A stretch of 64,000 bases of DNA from Nemertoderma westbladi (taxonomy: Eukaryota > Animalia > Xenacoelomorpha), in contig JAUCBJ010003840.1 in assembly GCA_032718475.1 (NCBI GenBank), forward strand, positions 1 to 64,000, read 5' to 3'. The notes below the pieces were generated by a model. That model worked only from the letters and a program-made list of their open reading frames with translations, was not told the DNA's origin and made no database searches. The position numbers and the translations under genes are program-made. This document shows positions 26,701-38,700 of the stretch, one piece after another. How positions within the stretch are numbered: position 1 is the stretch's first letter; each line of letters starts with the position of its first letter.

Positions 26701-29700
26701 CGTATAGGCGTAAATTATCCTGTAATACTTCAATCATAACGTTGTAGCTATGTCCGTCGTGATCGTCACTGGAGATTTCCGTTATGTCAAATTTATACTG
26801 AATAATTAAAATTACTTATAATATAAGTAAATAATAATATAAAGTAAATATAATATAATATGAGACATAAAATACAGTTACATAAAGTGCGACAATGAGA
26901 GAAGTGCAACACATGCGAACACATACACACACAATAGTGGCAGCAATAAGTGCAACAATCTCTGTTACACATGAGAACAAAAACACACACAATAGTGGCA
27001 GCAATAAGTGCAACAATCTCTGTAACACATGCGAACACATACACACACAATAGTGGCAGCAATAAGTGCAACAATCTCTGTAACACATGCGAACACATAC
27101 ACACACAATAGTGGCAGCAATAAGTGCAACAATCTCTGCAACAAATGAGAACAAAAACCCAAACAATAGTGGCAGCAATAAGTGCAACAATCTCTGTTAC
27201 ACATGAGAACAAAAACACACACAATAGTGGCAGCAATAAGTGCAACAATCTCTGTAACACATGCGAACACATACACACACAATAGTGGCAGCAATAAGTG
27301 CAACAATCTCTGTAACACATGCGAACACATACACACACAATAGTGGCAGCAATAAGTGCAACAATCTCAGTAACACATGCGAACACATACACACACAATA
27401 GTGGCAGCAATAAGTGCAACAATCTCTGTAACACATGCGAACACATACACACACAATAGTGGCAGCAATAAGTGCAACAATCTCTGTAACACATGCGAAC
27501 ACATACACACACAATAGTGGCAGCAATAAGTGCAACAATCTCTGTAACACATGCGAACACATACACACACAATAGTGGCAGCAATAAGTGCAACAATCTC
27601 TGCAGCAAATGAGAACAAAAACCCAAACCATAGTGACAGCAATAAGTGCGACAGCTACTAACTATAGTAACACATGAAAACAGAAACGAATACTAACAAA
27701 ATTCGATTTAATGACAGTTTGCCACTGTTTATCGAACAATAACGTGGTCCGTGCTATAGAAGCAAGTGATGAACATTTATAGAGACCGGGGGAGGGGGGG
27801 GGGGGGGGGGTTAATAAAACACGGTTTTATCGGAAATCTTTTCCGACATTAATTACGTAAACTTTATGTACAATTAAATTTAGAATTATAATTTTCGTTG
27901 ACACAGATGATCAAAAAAATGACGTCCAGATCGATAGGAGGTCTCGCGCTCTAACCATTCAGCTAGCGGCTCAGGTAAAAGGTAGACCTGGAAATACTAC
28001 CTGATACATTGTATCTCCGCAATTTACGTCCCCATGGACTCCTATCCGTAAATACTAATAGTCTGCAGTCACTGTGCTCAACCCCACACTATACCTGAAA
28101 TAAGGCACCATGCGTGTTCTCTCCATGAGGCTTCCAAAGCACAAGATTATGCACTGGCTGGTCCTCAGCTGGAGTGGCTGGCTGGAGTACTGGTACTACT
28201 GCTGCTCTAAAATAACGCACCTTAAGTTTCCGATGTATGCGAATTCCAAATGCCAAAGAAACAAAAATAGAGCAAAAATAGTAAATCATGTACATCCTTA
28301 TCCATAGCACCAGTATTTTTACGAAACAGAATATAGTCTATGTGGGACTTATGACCAGTTTTAGTAGATAGCTTCCAGTTCGCTTCTTCAACTGGGTCAC
28401 TTCAGAAAACAACCCACGTCCAGAATGAAATCAAATCGCTGTAGATAGCAGGAAAGATGCATACTGATCCATAGAATAGGGTAGAAAGGTTCCTCCTTCT
28501 CTACTGGGGATCAGTTTTCTAGAACATGAGAAAAAAGTGACAGTGATCGGTGAAATTGTGAGACACGAAACACCCGAGGCTCCTCTCTCTCGGCATCCGA
28601 AGTGGCTTCTGATGTTGCGGTTGGTGATTTCGTATATATTTTATCCAAAGAGAAATGAACTACATGTGGAGTTATATTCATAAGTATACAAATTCTCAAA
28701 CTCAACACATGTTCTTGATCAAAACTTTATCAGTCTGCCAGGGCTGTCAGCTCGACTTTGTAGACCCGGGGATTGGGGACCCGAGTGTTAGGATATTAAC
28801 TCAGGCAAGTCTAGTGATTTGCCTCAGATTCCCCAATAATAGCTTGGTTGATGGGGCTGGACCGTGTGAGTAGCCTCCAACTCCAGAATTCCACTCCCAC
28901 TCACAATCTAACCTCCCTTTGTGACGATAGGAACTAATTGTTGGCCGCTTTCTCCCCGGTAGGCGGTAAGACACGCATCCGGTCACCGGTAGGCGGTAAG
29001 ACACGCATCCGGTCACCGGTAGGCGGTAAGACACGCATCCGGTTAGGCGATAACTGACGGCTGTGAGGCGATTTGTGTCGGGTTATTCCACTAGCACTCT
29101 GTCGTCGGACCTCCGCATTATTTATATATTCTATAGTGGTGGTGCGAATTTGCTATGCTAGGCCAAAGGAAATTATATTAATATGCAACCACTTATTACC
29201 CAAAATACCAAAAATAAATATAAATAACTTAAAACGTTTAGTAAAAGCACCCCCCTTCCCCCTCCACAGTATAAAATGACCAATAGCAGCCCACCACCAC
29301 AATGAGAAGCCAGGCAGAGCCAGCCACACGCCATCTACCTTCATTACAGTGAATCCGATAGAAAAGTTTTCATGTCGAGTTAAATGGGCTTGGGTGATCT
29401 CGATCATAACATCGTCACAATCTGTTTGATCAAAGACGTACTGGATGGCAGTAAAATAAATAATTAATGTAACACAGTGATTGGCTAGATCGAGTACTGG
29501 GTCATCCTTCCGTCCGTCCGTCCGTCCGTCCGTCCGTCCGTCCGTCCGTCCGTCCGTCCGTCCGTCCGTTAAACCGTACCTACCTGTGGATTTTGTAACC
29601 AAATGTTCTTATTGTTGCTACAACCTCCACATCTGTTTGTCAGCGGGTTTGACGTCGACACCCACCCGCCTATAAACAATGCCTCGTGCCAAGTCTTATG

Positions 29701-32700
29701 GATACTGAAGACGCTTGTGTTTACGAGGCGACAGATACAAGCTCTCGAGAAATACCGACACCAGTCGTTGTAACTCATCCTAAATGTCACAAAGAACTTA
29801 TAAACTGTTATAAAGATAAAACTTTGGATTTACAATAAAGATTGAATTATTAACCTACTGTAATACGAGTCATTTTTTTTAAACTGCTGGCGTGCTACTA
29901 TACTTGTGTCTCTATGGTCATGCTGCCATAGGGTAATTTCTCAGGAAGGGGGGGGGGGGGGGGGGTATATGGTTCACCCATTGGCTATGCTAGGGTCCCC
30001 CGAACCACCCATCGTGTGGGGGGGGGGGGGGGCAATTCCTTATGATATACTCAATATTCCTAAAATTTGTTCGTACCTACTGCATGCATACCCCACCCAG
30101 CATACCCCACCCAGCATACCCCACCCAGCATACCCCACCCAGCATACCCCACCCAGCATACCCCACCCAGCATACCCCACCCAGCATACCCCACCCAGCA
30201 TACCCCACCCAGCATACCCCACCCAGCATACCCCACCCAGCATACCCCACCCAGCATACCCCACCCAGCATACCCCACCCAGCATACCCCACCCAGCATA
30301 CCCCACCCAGCATACCCCACCCAGCATGCCCCACCCAGCATACCCCACCCAGCATACCCCACCCAGCATACCCCACCCAGCATACCCCACCCAGCATACC
30401 CCACCCAGCATACCCCACCCAGCATGCCCCACCCAGCATACCCCACCCAGCATACCCCACCCAGCATACCCCACCCAGCATACCCCACCCAGCATACCCC
30501 ACCCAGCATACCCCACCCAGCATACCCCACCCAGCATACCCCACCCAGCATGCCCCACCCAGCATACCCCACCCAGCATACCCCACCCAGCATACCCCAC
30601 CCGACATACCCCACCCAGCATACCCCACCCAGCATACCCCACCCAACATACCCCACCCTGCATACCCCACCCAGCATACTCCACCCAGCATACCCCACCC
30701 AGCATACCCCACCCAGCATACCCCACCCAGCATACCCCACCCAGCATACCCCACCCAGCATACCCCACCCAGCATACCCCACCCAGCATACCCCACCCAG
30801 CATACCCCACCCAGCATACCCCACCCAGCATACCCCACCCAGCATACCCCACCCAGCATACCCCACCCAGCATACCCCACCCAGCATACCCCACCCAGCA
30901 TACCCCACCCAGCATACCCCACCCAGCATACCCCACCCAGCATAACCCACCCAGTATACCCCACCCAGCATAACCCACCCAGCATACCCCACCCAGCATA
31001 CCCCACCCAGTATACCCCACCCAGCATACCCCACCCAGCATACCCCACCCAGCATACCCCACCCAGCATACCCCACCCAGCATACCCCACCCAGCATACC
31101 CCACCCAGCATACCCCACCCAGCATACCCCACCCAGCATACCCCACCCAGCATACCCCACCCAGCATACCCCACCCAGCATACCCCACCCAGCATACCCC
31201 ACCCAGCATACCCCACCCAGCATACCCCACCCAGCATACCCCACCCAGCATACCCCACCCAGCATACCCCACCCAGCATGCCCCACCCAGCATACCCCAC
31301 CCAGCATACCCCACCCAGCATACCCCACCCAGCATACCCCACCCAGCATACCCCACCCAGCATACCCCACCCAGCATGCCCCACCCAGCATACCCCACCC
31401 AGCATACCCCACCCAGCATACCCCACCCAGCATACCCCACCCAGCATACCCCACCCAGCATACCCCACCCAGCATACCCCACCCAGCATACCCCACCCAG
31501 CATGCCCCACCCAGCATACCCCACCCAGCATACCCCACCCAGCATGCCCCACCCAGCATACCCCACCCAGCATACCCCACCCAGCATACCCCACCCGACA
31601 TACCCCACCCAGCATACCCCACCCAGCATACCCCACCCAACATACCCCACCCTGCATACCCCACCCAGCATACTCCACCCAGCATACCCCACCCAGCATA
31701 CCCCACCCAGCATACCCCACCCAGCATACCCCACCCAGCATACCCCACCCAGCATACCCCACCCAGCATACCCCACCCAGCATACCCCACCCAGCATACC
31801 CCACCCAGCATACCCCACCCAGCATACCCCACCCAGCATACCCCACCCAGCATACCCCACCCAGCATACCCCACCCAGCATACCCCACCCAGCATACCCC
31901 ACCCAGCATACCCCACCCAGCATACCCCACCCAGCATACCCCACCCAGCATACCCCACCCAGCATACCCCACCCAGCATACCCCACCCAGCATACCCCAC
32001 CCAGCATACCCCACCCAGCATACCCCACCCATACAGTTTTTGACTCTCGACCACATATTTCTATGATGCTTCAAATTCTTTACAGAATGGAGAAAAACAA
32101 ACTATTACAAATAATCGTATTCACATAATGAGTTTCTGTATTTATCATTCTTAGTGTTCAAAAGGGATCCCGATCCCGAAAAATTGGGGTCCCGGTGAAA
32201 ATATGCAATCCCGATCGCGACTTTTTGGGAACGGGATCTTGCAGCATAAATAATGTAGTAAAATTTGTTGAGGTTGGGTTGGCTGGGGTGGGGTGGGGTT
32301 GTGGAGGGCGCAAACTCGAACGTTTGGTCTGGGTCCATAATTAGGGACGCTGTTATAGATCTACTTCTCGCAATCCATAAAAAATATAATAAAATACGTT
32401 TTTTGTCACACTGATAATCTCCTCTCTAATCAAACAAACAGGTGATTATTAATTCTAATAAGAACTCACCAGAACTCGCCATCGTCTTCGAACACCAAGC
32501 CGAACTTCCGTTTCTGCCAGGCCGACAACTGCTTCCATTGGGGACTGTCGTCGCTCCAGTCCCCAGTCCATTCCTTCTTGCCCCAGGGGTTGCGCAAGCG
32601 TACCAAATGGGTCTCTTCGTCGCCTAGAAACACATAAAAAATATAGTTACTACGGAAACAAAAGATTCCGTAATCCATATTTTTATAATCATTATTACTA

Positions 32701-35700
32701 TTAATATTGTTATTATTAAACTAATAATTAATAATGCAACGTGAAAATTATGAGAATTTATTAATCTAATAACACTGAAACAAAGAAATCGGAGGATGTC
32801 TAAAAGAAAATAATGGCCCCAAAATGGCCAAAGTGCCTTTTTGCGCCAAAGGCTATTTCTCCACTAATATTTGTTGAAATTTAGAATATAAGATCAGAAG
32901 ACCCCTGCATCCAATTCTTCCGAAAAAATTTGGTTACAAATGCTCTTTTACAACAAGAAGACCCAAAGAAATGGGCTATTTTTGGGCCTTTTTGATCTAA
33001 AAAAGCACCAGAGAACTTTCAGCTAAAGTCGATGTTTAGAAGAAGTATGGAGAAAGGTAGTCTTAATAAATGTACCAAATTTCAACTCATTTCAGTTAAA
33101 ATTGGCGGAGAAATAGCCTTTTCCATGAAAAAACGTCATTCTGAGATTTGGGTGTTTAAAGTTTAAGGAACAATAATTCAAACCTTCCCGCTATTTTAGA
33201 TAATACCATTTTTATATGTTCAACAATAACTTTGTCAAAAATGAATGAAATTCAACGGAATTGTTTATTTTTTCACTTTTTAGCAATTTTTTTCATATTT
33301 GTACCGTGAGAGCCTTTTTTTATGAAAAAGGCCCCGTACAATTGTAAAATATAGTGCTGCTCGAAGGCTTGTCAAAAATCAGAATGAAGGAACAAGCAAC
33401 CACCATGGCATTATGAAATTAGGATGAAAATCCTAATAAAAGTGATCCTAATAATCCGAAAGTTCTTTTTTTTACTTTTATATGTGCTGAACGATAAACG
33501 AAATGAAATAAAAAACATGTGCAGTTATAAAATGTAAATATATGAGTAATGGTGTAGAATAGATAAAAAAGTGTACGTTAGTAATATTCACGCCGAACCA
33601 TTCTTCTCCAGGACTACACTAACACCATTAACACACTAATGACTAAAATTAACTCTGAATGTTCAAAGTGAAACATTTCCATCTCATTTTGTAACCGTCC
33701 CGTCGCTGTTTACCAATTAAGCCCACCCTAACTTACCAGTATCTTGTTTGATTTTGTTTAAGCCAGTAATCCCATAGGCGTGGCCCTTAACTAAACCCAT
33801 GTCGGTTACAGCTTCCATCTCTTCCTTGGATTCAACCTGCATTAAACAACGAGGTTGCAGCTATTAGATTATTAACTCCTTTTTCTATAAATATTTTTAG
33901 AATTGAATCATTTAAAATTAACAAGAAAAAAGTTTATCAAAATTGCTGCAGGAAATAAAGGGAAATAAAATGGCATATAGGGCAACTAGGCACGGTTTTG
34001 GTATCCGTAAGCTCTTACGTACTTCGTCGCGGGGTGGCCCCATGAACGTGTTCTGATTGGTCAATTAATTTAATGCTGCGAACGGTTCTATTGTTGTACC
34101 AATTAATTATTGTAAACTTCCCATTTCTGGGGTGGGGGATCGCATTTCAACACATTTACAAAACAAATACGCACGCACCGTTATAGAACAGGAAAGCAAA
34201 GCCTTTCGCTCAATATCCTTCGTCATACGTTTCCATAGCACCGCCTGAAAGCCAACATCGTTGGAAATATTATCTTTAGAGAGATCGTAAGATTCGCAAA
34301 CACCCCCCGTAAAATCGGCGAGAGCGTCTGCCGTATTGCCGCCGGATAACGCTTCGTAACTACCATTCAACCTTTATAATCACAAAATATTTCTAGATCT
34401 ATGTATTACTCTTCTATAATTACCCCGTGTTTGCGTGTTTCATAATTTTTTGAATTTTCGATGTTCCCTGGACCCGGAAACTATATTGTACAGTTCTGAT
34501 TCTGCTCAGGGGATGTATTTATTTACACCAAAAACTGAAAGTGAATTCTACTGTGAATCCTTATACTGTGAATTCTAGTGAATCCTTAAAGATTTGTCCT
34601 GCTGCGATCATACGAAATCTTTCACCAACATGCATATTAGTTCATTGTACCACTTCCGGTTGTCGCTTCATTAGTCGGGAGGTCATAGGGCTCTGGTGAT
34701 TGGTTGATATTCACAGACGTGAGTCATCTTGAATCGAAATGATTGTGTGCGAGTTTTCCACGCTGTAAATTCCATATTCTGACCCAAAAATACCACTAAT
34801 AAAAACAGTAAATTTGTGAAAGTATTCTAAATTACAGAATGAAAATGTTACAGATTCTTAGAAATAATAATAATATTATTAAATATAAATAATAATAACA
34901 AATACAACTTTCAATATCACTAAACATTTGTATTTTTTATTATTTTATTTGTATTAAGTACAATAAAAAGTAAAGTGATTGGTGAACGTGTGGTACAAGA
35001 AAAACCCGAGGAAATCTGAAGGATCCTATCCCTTGGCTGTTACCTAGAAGGCAGGGTGAGCGCCACACTAACTCCCAAGGGTATACACTCTATAACTATC
35101 CCTTACTCCTCTAGCAGAAGCCAGGTTGCCTATTGTACCGTTGGGTTTGCGTAAGCGCTAACTGTCTAAAGTGTCATGTATTTGGACATAAACAGTGCAA
35201 AATTTATAAGGTCTACGTTCTAAGGCTGTATCCACTCACTCGAACATGGCGACACTTTGTACAATTATTATGGATTAAAGTCCCACTCGCTTCCCTCCAA
35301 TAATAAACCAACCACCTATAATGTCCCCACCCTTACTTTGCGTAAGCTTTCTCCAGTAAGGCGCTCCAGTATTCCAACCACCCATAATGTCCCCACCCTT
35401 ACTTTGCGTAAGCTTTCTCCAGTAAGGCGCTCCAGTATTCCAACCACCCCTAATGTCCCAAACCCTTACTTTGCGTAAGCTTTCTCCAGTAAGGCGCTCC
35501 AGTATTCCAACCACCCCTAATGTCCCAAACCCTTACTTTGCGTAAGCTTTCTCCAGTAAAGCACTCCAGTATTCCCCCTTATCTTTGCTGTGTACGTATA
35601 TGAGTTTGCGGTTCACTGTAGGCAACCGATCGTCGACGCACACATCCAACCACGATCCCATCCTCCAGAAACGAAACCGAAAGATTCCACAATATCCATC

Positions 35701-38700
35701 TGTGTTCCATTCTTGTTCTTTGGCATCTGATAAAAACAAAAGGAGTGCTGTTACTAAGAGACCGATCATTATAATTACGTCACGATGCTGTTACTAAGAG
35801 GTCGATTATTATAATTACGTCACGATGATGTTACTAAGAGGCCGTTCATTATAATTACGTCACGGTATTTCAGATATTCCTCGAGTGTATCGAGTTGGAA
35901 ACATGGGGGGAAACTGGACGCAAAGCCCGCCTTGGCGATTTAATATCCTGCCTCAATGTTAAATTCTCAATGTAGGGAAAGGAGCAGGTTACAGTGATAA
36001 CCAAACAATAAACTAAACACAATAGAACAGGTTACAGTTTTATTTTTGGGAGTAATCAGCTGTTATTTGCGTCGAATTTCCCCTGGAGAGGGATGCATTT
36101 TTATTGCGTCCAGTTCCCCTCCCTCTCTGTTGAGTTGAGTTTAACTAAAAACCTACCAACTCGTTTAAACTCTTCGGTTTTTTTCTTCAATACGCTTAAT
36201 TAATATTCTAGAATTTAGTAAAAAAAATAGAATTACACCATAACCCTTAATACAACAACCATTTTTAACCTAATTTTTTTTCAAATTTCAATCAAATGCT
36301 ACGAAATTTTGTATGATGATAGATCGGCACCTTTTCTTACTGCTCTGGCCTGGACGGATTTTTCAATTTCTCATTTATTTCCATACAACAAGTCCTAAAA
36401 AATGTCTATTTAGCAATGTTTAACCACCTCCGTAGACTTTATTTTACGTCTTTGAAATGTAATCTAGATATCATTACAACCGCCGTCGTCTGTAGATTCC
36501 GAATCTAAAAACCGTTTTAAATTTAACCAAAAATTGGTAAAGATATTATCAAAATACTAATGTGTAAATTTAGAGACGTAAATCGCTATAATTCTAATGT
36601 TTTGTTGTCTTTATTCTAGAATATTAATTATTATTTAGCTGAGCGTTTATAACTCTCCATCTTGTTTTTTCATTACCCTTAATTAATATTCTAGAATTGA
36701 GTAAAAAAAACATTATAATTATAACGATTTACGTCACAAAATTTACACCTTAGTATTTTGATAATATCTCCGGAAGTTCTTGGTGAAATTTACAACGTAT
36801 TTCAGATTCGGAATCTGCAGATGAAGGCGGTTCTAATGATATCTAGATTACATTCCATAGACGAAAAATAATGCTGACGGAGGTGGCTAAATATTGCGAA
36901 ATAGACGATTTTTAACGGCTCGTTGTATCGAAATAGCTCATGAATTAAAAAATCCGGCCAGGCCACCAGTAAGAAAAGATGTCATCATAGCAAATTTCGT
37001 AGCATTTTATTGAAATTTGAAAAAAATTTGAGGGGGGGGGGCTCCGACCCCCTAAAAATGGTTGTTGTATTAAGGGTTATGGTGTATAGCGATTTACACC
37101 TTTGGATTTTGTCAATAATACTAGAAATTTTCTCGGAATCTGCAGATGAAGACGGTTGCTATATATCTAGATTATGTTCAAAAATGGAAAAATAAAACCG
37201 ATAGAGGTGGTTAAAAAGTGGTAAATAGACATGTTTAACGGCTTGTTGCAATGAAAATAATTTGAAAATTGAAAAATTCGGGCCAGGCCAGTCCAGTAGT
37301 AAGAAAGAGTGCCAAACTTCATTAATAGTTGAAGTTGAAGCTTAAGTAACCAAATTACGAATTATATTTATTTATTTATCAAGCACAAAACCTTAACGGT
37401 AGGTGTATTAGTTTTCTAAGTATGTAAAAAAAACTAAAAAGCAACAAGACGTTGCGCAATCAGGGATCAGCTGATCGGTAGGTTTCGCCCCGCAGCTGAA
37501 GGCATTCTCAGGAAGCCAAACCCAGAAATGTAAAGAGAAATTCACAAAGGGAGACGGAACGGGTATTGAAATGAAGAGAGAGGACTGTAAGGTAGGTAAC
37601 TAACCACTGGGAAGCAGCACCACAAACTTGCGCCAATCACGTTTCAGCTTGTTGATAACGGGCTTGCGTGTTTGAATGTAATACATTTCAAGCTTTTGCA
37701 ATACTGGCCGCAATAGGTGTCTCGCAATAAATTTGAAATGCTTAAACAATTCACGCCTGTCAGTCAGCCAGTATTGGGCTCGCCGCGGTGAGTCATGATG
37801 TGGTTGTGCACAGTCTTGCCCTGTTCGCTCCCATCCTTTGCCGTCCTATCCTGGTGCTGTCTACAGCGTTCAAACAAGTGTTGGATGGTGTGTCAAACAT
37901 TATTCCCCCTTACAAGAGGGACAAGAGATAATTTGAAAATTGAAAAATATGGCCAGGCCAGTAGTAAGAAAAAGAGTGCCAAAGTTGATAAATAGCATGA
38001 CAACAATAGTTAGGCCTAATAATAATAACAATCGTCTTATTTGGGGTACATCTCCCGCCCCGAACTTCGGGTGTACTATTTTGATTTTAAGTGGCAAGTT
38101 CGCTGAGTCGGAACATAAGTTACAATTAGGCCTTCTAACACTATACTGGTATAATTAATTATAAATAATAAATATCAGAATACAGCTGAGAGAGTGAGAG
38201 TGCATAATACTGTAATAATCAGTTTGTAATACTGTTAGTGGCTGCTACGACTAAAAGAAATTGTTAGCATCTACAAGGGTGTATGTACAGAACAGAGGGT
38301 GTACATTGTACATCGTTAGGGATACAATCAGAGAATGACGACGCCGGTATACGACACGCTCAGACTTTATATCACAGGGACCCATTTCTACGTCCACCCG
38401 GAGGACCCCCTAGTAAAGGAGATCCTGCTTATTGATAGGGTCTCCGGTAACATATCGCTAGTCAAGGAGGAAACCTCCAGATTCATCCCGGGCCACGCGA
38501 TCCAACGACTAATCTACGGGATAATGGGCGTCGTGAGGCTCCTTGCCGGACCCTACCTCGTTGTGATCACCGAGCGAGTAAAAGTCGGCGAAATCGACGG
38601 ACACAATATATGGAAGGTGGGAGCAACCGAAATATTCTCATACCTACGAATTATTCGACATTTAGACGATCAACAACTGCAAGATAACGATTCATACTAC

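Noticed and set aside
29906-32128. Long Pro/His-rich and Gly/Trp-rich ORFs
   Set aside because: Translations of the 14 bp minisatellite within calpain intron 7.
33540-33625. Possible micro-exon filling the short loop between calpain exons 6 and 7
   Set aside because: No phase 1-1 open segment with acceptable splice sites was found.
37455-37520. Second hammerhead in the Penelope-like tail (minus: CTGAGAA-T-GCC...GGC-GAAAC)
   Set aside because: Core G8 is replaced by A and no matching stem I/III 3' strand was found; at best a decayed remnant.
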